Of a stretch of 64,000 bases of DNA, positions 57,993 through 64,000 are shown piece after piece. The DNA comes from Candidatus Kerfeldbacteria bacterium. Its GTDB lineage: Bacteria > Patescibacteriota > Patescibacteriia > SBBC01 > CAIJZX01. A program made the position numbers and the translations under genes. Below the pieces are notes generated by a model, which had not been told where the DNA came from, searched no databases, and saw only the letters and a program-made list of their open reading frames with translations. Position 1 is the first letter of the stretch, and each line of letters opens with the position of its first letter. The DNA lies in the NCBI GenBank assembly GCA_963731735.1, contig CAVSWO010000002.1, positions 529 to 64,528 on the forward strand, written 5' to 3'.

Positions 57993-58170
57993 TGGTACCG
58001 CCAAGGGGATTCCTTCTCCTCCACGACTCGCGACCCGACGGGTTCCCGCTCGTCGCTCCCCCGAAGCCGGGGTTCCTCTCCGAGTGCCACCGGCACTCGT
58101 TTCGGATACCCTTCGAATCCAGGTCTCAATCGCCAGGATGCCCGACCGCGAGGGTCGGCCACTCTGGCGA
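57993..58170 (-). mobile_element. 178-bp structured element ending in a 20-bp duplication of the tRNA-Glu 3' end
   Basis: TGGTACCGCCAAGGGGATTC at 57993-58012 and 58171-58190; inverted TTCGAATCC at 58112-58120. Confidence 0.75.
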
Positions 58171-58248
58171 TGGTACCGCCAAGGGGATTCGAACCCCTGT
58201 TACCAGGATGAGAACCTGGCGTCCTAGACCGGACTAGACGATGGCGGC
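58171..58248 (-). tRNA. tRNA-Glu(CTC)
   Basis: GCCGCCA/TGGCGGT acceptor stem, CCAGG-TTCTCAT-CCTGG anticodon arm, GGTTCGAATCC, CCA. Confidence 0.97.
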
Positions 58249-58417
58249 AAGCAGCAGCACTCTACAGGAAAAAATCCATAAAATCAAGACTGATAAGTTT
58301 ATCTGATTATGCTCGATTCCTGCTAAAACAAAACAGCTGTGACGCTTGACGTTGAGTCTTCGATCGTGAGACTCGACGCGCGGTCGACAGCCATTTTGGT
58401 TTCGTGATGTTTCGAAA

Positions 58418-58630
58418 TTAGAGCAGCCGGTTCGTCCGTTCCGTGTTCAAGAAAACACCAGCCATCACGCTCAGCATACCCATCAACAGATGGAAGACTG
58501 GGTCGCCGAAAAGCTGCTGGGTACCGATTTGGTTGATGAAACCGTACTGGACCCAGAACGCCATAAGACCGTTAACGAGACCGAACCAGAAGAAGGCTTT
58601 GGCCAAGACGGACATATCAAATTTCCACAT
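58418..58630 (-). CDS. Small two-TM protein
   Basis: AAAGGAGGT SD before MWKFDM; upstream TGTGGTATACT. Confidence 0.65.
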   Translation of the reverse strand: MWKFDMSVLAKAFFWFGLVNGLMAFWVQYGFINQIGTQQLFGDPVFHLLMGMLSVMAGVFLNTERTNRLL

Positions 58631-58717
58631 TGCGTTCACCTCCTTTCGGTTTTTGGCCGAACGTATTCGGCTGGGGATAATTGCTCGTATTAGTATACCA
58701 CACTGATGCCGGACTGT

Positions 58718-59749
58718 TTACGCAAGTGCTTGCTGACCAACGGCCACGGCCTGCTCAACAAAACGGTTCGAATACCCCCATTCGTTATCATACCAGGCGC
58801 CGACTTTGACCAGATCATTATCGATCACCTTGGTCAGCGGTAAATCGACAATCGCCGAATGCGGGTTACCTTTGAAGTCCGAGGACACGAGCGGTTCGGT
58901 GTTGACCGCTAAAATGCCGCGCATGTCCGGACGCGCGGCCCAACGGGAAAAGGCTTCATTCACGGCTTCGATGGTGGTGGTCTTATTCGTCAGGAAAGTG
59001 AAATCCGTATAGGAGACGACCAGGCTCGGAACCCGGAGCGCGTACCCGTCAAACTTACCCTGTAAATCCGTCAAGACTTCGGTGGTCGAAATGGCCGCCC
59101 CGGAAGTGGTCGGAACAATATTCATGGCGGCCGCCCGCGCCCGGCGCAAATCCGGATGCAGCGGCGGAACCGGACCATCCACTAAATTCTGTTCGGCGGT
59201 GTAGGAATGAATGGTTGTCATGCCGGCTTTTTTGACCCCGAACTCATGCATCATCACGCGCGTCACCGGTGAAACGCAGTTGGTGGTACAGGAAGCGTTG
59301 GAAATAACCGCGTCGCCATGGTTGTCGCTTTCGTTCACGCCGAGCAGGTAGGTTTTGATGTCGCCGCCTTTGGTTGGCGCCGAAACGATCACCCGTTTGG
59401 TACCTGATTCGAGGTGAACCTTAGCCGCGCCGTCTTTGGTAAAGCGACCGGTGCATTCCATCACCACGTCAACCTGTAATTCCTTCCAAGGTAACTTGGC
59501 CGGATCCTTTTCCGATAAAAATTTGATGCGGTGGCCGGCGACTTCCAGCGCGTCCCCGAGAACCTTGACCGACTTCGTGTAGGGACCGTAGGCGGTGTCG
59601 TAGCGTAACAAGTGAGCCATGACTTCCAGGCTGCCAAGATCGTTGATGGCCACGATTTCAAGCTCCGGTTTTTCAATCGCGATTTTGAGTGCATTGCGAC
59701 CAATCCGGCCGAAACCGTTGAAGGCAATGCGAATAGGACGAGTCGGCAT
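58718..59749 (-). CDS. gap: Glyceraldehyde-3-phosphate dehydrogenase, type I
   Basis: NGFGRIGR, SNASCTTNC, WYDNEWGYS motifs. Confidence 0.97.
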   Translation of the reverse strand: MPTRPIRIAFNGFGRIGRNALKIAIEKPELEIVAINDLGSLEVMAHLLRYDTAYGPYTKSVKVLGDALEVAGHRIKFLSEKDPAKLPWKELQVDVVMECTGRFTKDGAAKVHLESGTKRVIVSAPTKGGDIKTYLLGVNESDNHGDAVISNASCTTNCVSPVTRVMMHEFGVKKAGMTTIHSYTAEQNLVDGPVPPLHPDLRRARAAAMNIVPTTSGAAISTTEVLTDLQGKFDGYALRVPSLVVSYTDFTFLTNKTTTIEAVNEAFSRWAARPDMRGILAVNTEPLVSSDFKGNPHSAIVDLPLTKVIDNDLVKVGAWYDNEWGYSNRFVEQAVAVGQQALA

Positions 59750-59751
59750 GG

Positions 59752-60537
59752 TTACGCGTGTGAGTCGATAATAGCTGACGCCATTGTAACAAATTCTTCG
59801 GCCTTGAGGCTAGCGGTACCAACCAAGGCGCCGTCATAGCCGTCCGGAGAAATATAGCGGGTAATATTTTTCGCATCCACGCTGCCGCCATAGAGAATAC
59901 TAAAGTGCCGATCAACTACCGGTTCATCATACAAATCAACCAGCACCTGATGAATTACCTGGCGCATGTGTTCGGCGATGGCCGGGTCGGCCGGTTGGCC
60001 GGTGCCAATCGCCCAAATCGGTTCGTAGGCGATTGCCATCCGGTGTCCTCGCCCGGGCGGCGGCAGACTGCGAAAGGCGGCCTGGAGTTGCTGCCGGACG
60101 ACCGCTTCGTGCTGATGGTCGGCCCGCTGGGCGGCTGTCTCGCCGACGCACAAAATCGGCTGCAATTCATGGCCGAGTGCCGCCACCATTTTCCGGGAGA
60201 CCATCGCGTCGGTTTCGCCCAGCAACTGTCGCCGTTCGGAATGGCCGACAATCACGTAGGTCGCCCCCAGCCCTCGCAAGTCCTGGGGTGACACCTCGCC
60301 GGTAAAGGCGCCGCGTCGATCCCAAAACGTATCCTGGGCGCCGAGCTGGACCGTTGAGCCCGCTAGGATTCTCCCTACCTCCGGCAGACTGATGTAACTT
60401 GGACACAGCACTAACCGCACACCGCTGGTCAGATTGGCGGATTGCTGAACGATGGCCGCAGCCACAGCTGCCGCCTGACTGGGCGAAAGCTGCATCTTCC
60501 AATTGGCGGCCAGAATCGGCCAGTGTGAACTAGCCAT
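59752..60537 (-). CDS. tpiA: Triosephosphate isomerase
   Basis: ANWKM, GHSERR, AYEPIWAIGTG, LYGGSV motifs. Confidence 0.97.
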   Translation of the reverse strand: MASSHWPILAANWKMQLSPSQAAAVAAAIVQQSANLTSGVRLVLCPSYISLPEVGRILAGSTVQLGAQDTFWDRRGAFTGEVSPQDLRGLGATYVIVGHSERRQLLGETDAMVSRKMVAALGHELQPILCVGETAAQRADHQHEAVVRQQLQAAFRSLPPPGRGHRMAIAYEPIWAIGTGQPADPAIAEHMRQVIHQVLVDLYDEPVVDRHFSILYGGSVDAKNITRYISPDGYDGALVGTASLKAEEFVTMASAIIDSHA

Positions 60538-61123
60538 CGGCAGGCGCGGATGTTTCCTGATCAGGCGTTTCAGCCTGGACGTCGATGGGCTGCGGATTCA
60601 AGAGCTGATCGAGGTTTTCATTTTGGTTGAGCTCCTGGTAATCCGGCAGTTCTTGAATCCCGTTCAAACCGAGATACCGAACAAAGTCGGCGGTGACCTG
60701 ATAGGAGGTCTGCAGTTTATCTTTGTGATGTTTGGCTTCAATCAAACCCTTGATCATCAGGTTGCGTAAAATCAAGGCGCAGTTGACGCCGCGAATCGTG
60801 TCTAACTGAATTTTCGAAATCGGACCGCGGTAGGCCACAATCGTCAACGTCTCCAGGGCCGGCCGGGTCAGTTCACCGGCCTGCTCTTCCTTCAAGAAAT
60901 CGGTGATCAGTTTGCTGTTCAGCGGGTTGGTCACCAGCTGCACGGTCGTGCTGTGTTTGAGCAGATTAATCCCCTGTTCGTCCTGGTTATATTTTTCTGT
61001 TAAGCCGGCCACGGCGGATTCGATCTGATCGGGTTTAACGCCGCAAAGTTCAGCCAGTCGTTTGATGGTCAACGGTTTGGTTGAAGCAAATAGGAGACTT
61101 TCGATTTTTCCGGACAGTTCCAT
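60530..61123 (-). CDS. scpB: SMC-Scp complex subunit ScpB
   Basis: IESLLF, ALETLTIVAYRGP, IRGVN motifs. Confidence 0.93.
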   Translation of the reverse strand: MELSGKIESLLFASTKPLTIKRLAELCGVKPDQIESAVAGLTEKYNQDEQGINLLKHSTTVQLVTNPLNSKLITDFLKEEQAGELTRPALETLTIVAYRGPISKIQLDTIRGVNCALILRNLMIKGLIEAKHHKDKLQTSYQVTADFVRYLGLNGIQELPDYQELNQNENLDQLLNPQPIDVQAETPDQETSAPADG

Positions 61124-61127
61124 AGGC

Positions 61128-61835
61128 TTAGGTTATCGACTCAATGATTATAGCTTGAATATCCACATCGCCGAAGCGATCGGCTTGATTGACCGTGGCG
61201 TGGCGCTGTTTGACCAGTTCCAGAACCGCCAAAAAGGTCACGATCGCCTCAGTCTTGCTTTTGGCCTCGGCCAGCAGGCTGTGCAGCGTGGCCTGGCGCC
61301 GGTCGAGCAACAGCGATTTCACTTGCTCAATTTTTTGCCGGATGTTCATCGTCCGGACCATCACCCGTTGCGGCAGCTTGACGATCGGCTCCAGTTCCAT
61401 CAACACCCCGGCGAACAAATCACGCATGGTGTCCAACGTCAGGTGCTGCGGCGGATTAAAAATCGGTTCGATCGTGGCGTATCCATCGCGCGGATAGCCA
61501 ACCCGATGCCGGTTCCAAAGTTTCGTAACTTTTTTGGACGCCTCGATGAAGGCTTGGTACATCTTGAGCTGGCGTTCCAATTCCAAGCCGGTCTCATCCT
61601 CCGGAGCATCGCCGGGCACCATTAGGCGTGACTTGATGACCAACAGCTTGGCCGCCACGACCAAAAAATCCGCCAGCTCATCGGCTGGTAATTCTTCCAA
61701 ACCTTGAAGCTCGGCAATATATTGTTCGGTCACCGTGGCCAGGGAAATCTGGCTGATATCCATCTCCTGCCGTTCAATCAGTTGGAGCAGCAGGTCGAGC
61801 GGGCCGTTGAAGGTGTGGCTTTGAACGTGTCGCAT
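61128..61835 (-). CDS. scpA: Segregation/condensation protein ScpA
   Basis: FNGPLDLLLQLI, TFLAVLELVK motifs. Confidence 0.93.
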   Translation of the reverse strand: MRHVQSHTFNGPLDLLLQLIERQEMDISQISLATVTEQYIAELQGLEELPADELADFLVVAAKLLVIKSRLMVPGDAPEDETGLELERQLKMYQAFIEASKKVTKLWNRHRVGYPRDGYATIEPIFNPPQHLTLDTMRDLFAGVLMELEPIVKLPQRVMVRTMNIRQKIEQVKSLLLDRRQATLHSLLAEAKSKTEAIVTFLAVLELVKQRHATVNQADRFGDVDIQAIIIESIT

Positions 61836-61841
61836 GAAATC

Positions 61842-62345
61842 CTAGCGGCGTTTGGCGCGGGTGGTTTTTGTTTTGGCCGGGGCGGCTTCGGAAACGTTGC
61901 CGACCGTCGGCTCTTCAAGTTGTACGTAGTCTTTGATCTTCATCCGGATTGAATCGGTGAACGAACCGGCGCCGAATAACGCGTCACGGAGTTTCAGCAA
62001 ACCGCGGTCCATGACCACGCTGACCCGGTGGAGTTTCCCGAACGGACTCAGGGCACCCGGTTTGACCTTAAACTGTTTGACCATCTCCCCTTCTTTGGCC
62101 AGCCGGACCGTTTTGGCTTTCAATAATTTCTTGATGGCCGGGAGATTCAATCGGCGATTGGCGGCCAGGATGACCAAGTGATAATCACGATCGGCTTTAA
62201 TTAACAATGTTTTAACGATCGCGTTGGCCTTGACCTTCGTGGTTTGGGAAAGATCATAGACGGTAAAGACCGTCTTGTGTTCCAGCGGTTCAAATTTGAG
62301 CTTGGTTTTTTTGAGATAGGTGGTAACTTTGGCGGGAATAGGCAT
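61842..62345 (-). CDS. YbaK/EbsC family aminoacyl-tRNA deacylase
   Basis: IVKTLL, GALSPFG, GAGS motifs. Confidence 0.85.
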   Translation of the reverse strand: MPIPAKVTTYLKKTKLKFEPLEHKTVFTVYDLSQTTKVKANAIVKTLLIKADRDYHLVILAANRRLNLPAIKKLLKAKTVRLAKEGEMVKQFKVKPGALSPFGKLHRVSVVMDRGLLKLRDALFGAGSFTDSIRMKIKDYVQLEEPTVGNVSEAAPAKTKTTRAKRR

Positions 62346-62356
62346 CGTGATGATGA

Positions 62357-62656
62357 TTAGTGAAAGGTAAGGCGTTGTTGTTGGCCGAGGGCGCGGCGGG
62401 CGGTCGCCCGGCCGAGCGGCGTCAGTTGGACTTCCTGGATAAACCACTTCTTGGGCGTCCGGCGTCCGTAGCCGATCAGCAGGCCCTTGTCGATCAGCCG
62501 CTCGAGCGAGCGCGTTAGGCTGTCGGTGGTTTCCTTGGTGGCGCTCCGGCGGTAAAAGCTTTGAAAGACCGAACGCGGGATGTGCGCTCGCGCGCGCCCG
62601 TAGCATTCCCGCAGAATAAAGCGTTGGAGAGCCGACAGACGCATGGACATCGACAT
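62357..62656 (-). CDS. Small basic winged-helix-like protein
   Basis: LSALQRFIL...TRSLERLIDKGLL...LTPLG; start overlaps the aspS stop. Confidence 0.7.
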   Translation of the reverse strand: MSMSMRLSALQRFILRECYGRARAHIPRSVFQSFYRRSATKETTDSLTRSLERLIDKGLLIGYGRRTPKKWFIQEVQLTPLGRATARRALGQQQRLTFH

Positions 62657-64000
62657 CAATCCGGCGATTCCGATCGAATTTGGACGTGGGCCTCGCGCAG
62701 GGTAGCCGGCGGTAAGTCGCTGGGGGCGCCCATCATCAGATCCCGGGCATCACCGGTTTTTGGAAAGGCAATCACTTCACGGATGTTCGGTTCGTTGGCC
62801 AGTACCATCACCAGTCGGTCGATCCCCGGCGCCATGCCGCCGTGCGGCGGGGCGCCGTAGCGAAAAGCTTTCAGCATGTGCCCGAACCGGGCCTCAATTT
62901 CTTGGTCGCTCAAGCCGAGCACCTGAAAAACTTTTTGCTGGAGCTCGGGTTGGTGGATCCGGATCGACCCCGATGAAATTTCAAATCCGTTCAGCACCAG
63001 GTCATAGGACCAGGCGCGGACCGCCAACGGGTCATCCGCCAACTTGGCCACATCATCGGGGTGCGGCATACAGAACGGGTGGTGGAGTGATTGGATTTTC
63101 CCTTGACTGTTTTTTTCAAACATCGGGAAATCAACGATCCAGGCGAAGGCTAATTCATTCGGGTCGTTTGGATCGCGGCGGAGATCCGGCTTATCCGTTT
63201 GATACTTTTTGATCGCCTCCGCGTAGGTCAACCGCGGAAACGGATCAGCGCTCAATTTTTTTTCGGGCGTAACCGTCGCCACCAGCTCGCGCATCAGCCG
63301 TTCGTTCAATTCCAGGACGGCGGCCTGGTCAACAAATGACATTTCTAAATCGAGTTGGGTAAATTCCGGCTGGCGGTCACCGCGTTGGTCTTCATCTCGG
63401 AAACAGCGGGCGATTTGGAAATAGCGTTCAATCCCGGCCACCATTAAGAGCTGTTTAAATTGCTGCGGACTCTGCGGCAAGGTATAAAACTTTCCGGCGT
63501 GTAAGCGTGAGGGAACAATGTATTCGCGGGCACCTTCGGGCGTGCCCTTGGTCACGTACGGAGTTTCGACTTCGATGAAACCTTCCTGGTCGAGCCAAGT
63601 TCGAATAAACTGGACGACCCGGTGACGGAGCCGGAGATTGGCCTGCATCCGTTGACTGCGTAAATCCAGATACCGATGGGTCAAGCGGGTTTCTTCACTG
63701 ATCTGCCGCGTATCATCAAGCGGAAACGGCGGTGTTTCGGCGGTCGACAGAATCGTCAACCGCTTGGCCTGAATTTCGATCGCGCCGGTGGGCATTTTCT
63801 GATTGACGTTTTTCGGCGAGCGTTCGGCTACCTGGCCCTCGACCGCAATCACAAATTCATCGCGCAGCTGCTTGGCTTGCTCGTATTCCTGACATTCGCC
63901 GGGCGCGAAGACAACCTGAACTTGGCCGGTCCGGTCGCGGAGGTGGACAAAAATAATCTTGCCCATGTCGCGGCGGACGTGGACCCAGCCCTGGAGCATC
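62656..64000 (-). CDS. aspS: Aspartate--tRNA ligase (5' end outside window), lacking the GAD insertion domain
   Basis: RYLDLR, PQSPQQFKQ, CFRDED, QPEFTQLDLE, GAPPHGG motifs. Confidence 0.96.
   Translation of the reverse strand, partial: MLQGWVHVRRDMGKIIFVHLRDRTGQVQVVFAPGECQEYEQAKQLRDEFVIAVEGQVAERSPKNVNQKMPTGAIEIQAKRLTILSTAETPPFPLDDTRQISEETRLTHRYLDLRSQRMQANLRLRHRVVQFIRTWLDQEGFIEVETPYVTKGTPEGAREYIVPSRLHAGKFYTLPQSPQQFKQLLMVAGIERYFQIARCFRDEDQRGDRQPEFTQLDLEMSFVDQAAVLELNERLMRELVATVTPEKKLSADPFPRLTYAEAIKKYQTDKPDLRRDPNDPNELAFAWIVDFPMFEKNSQGKIQSLHHPFCMPHPDDVAKLADDPLAVRAWSYDLVLNGFEISSGSIRIHQPELQQKVFQVLGLSDQEIEARFGHMLKAFRYGAPPHGGMAPGIDRLVMVLANEPNIREVIAFPKTGDARDLMMGAPSDLPPATLREAHVQIRSESPD

Noticed and set aside
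58325-58400. Long hairpin between tRNA-Glu and the small TM gene as a separate ncRNA
   Set aside because: Its position right after a stop codon fits a terminator or mRNA stabiliser, and I saw no dedicated promoter.

Overview
This window looks like Patescibacteria/CPR chromosomal DNA. That is inferred from the leaderless gene starts, CPR-type hypothetical proteins, bifunctional PGI/PMI and a short AspRS lacking the GAD domain. It carries a low-GC surface-glycan locus end, S8/PDZ/M23 envelope proteins, mutY, a deoxynucleoside kinase, a RAYT transposase, tandem malQ genes, a deoxyhypusine-synthase-like gene, dnaX, a VirD4-like ATPase, cysS, dus, a split heat-shock regulon (hrcA-grpE-hsp20-Zn ribbon-dnaK, with dnaJ 11 kb away; two CIRCE operators), gap, tpiA, scpAB, ybaK, aspS, tRNA-Gln(CTG) and tRNA-Glu(CTC). 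The strongest unexplained signals are: (1) two stacked ~175-bp structured mini-elements in the dus 5' end, each supplying a replacement N-terminus coupled by an ATGA stop/start overlap; (2) ~180-bp structured elements of shared architecture that duplicate the 3' ends of both tRNAs; (3) an integron-like array of unrelated genes separated by five ~20-bp direct repeats behind dnaK; (4) a ~600-nt structured ncRNA candidate with its own promoter and terminator; (5) a ~250-nt rod-shaped ncRNA candidate. Several single-base frameshifts probably reflect assembly indels. All calls were made by eye; no database searches or folding programs were run.
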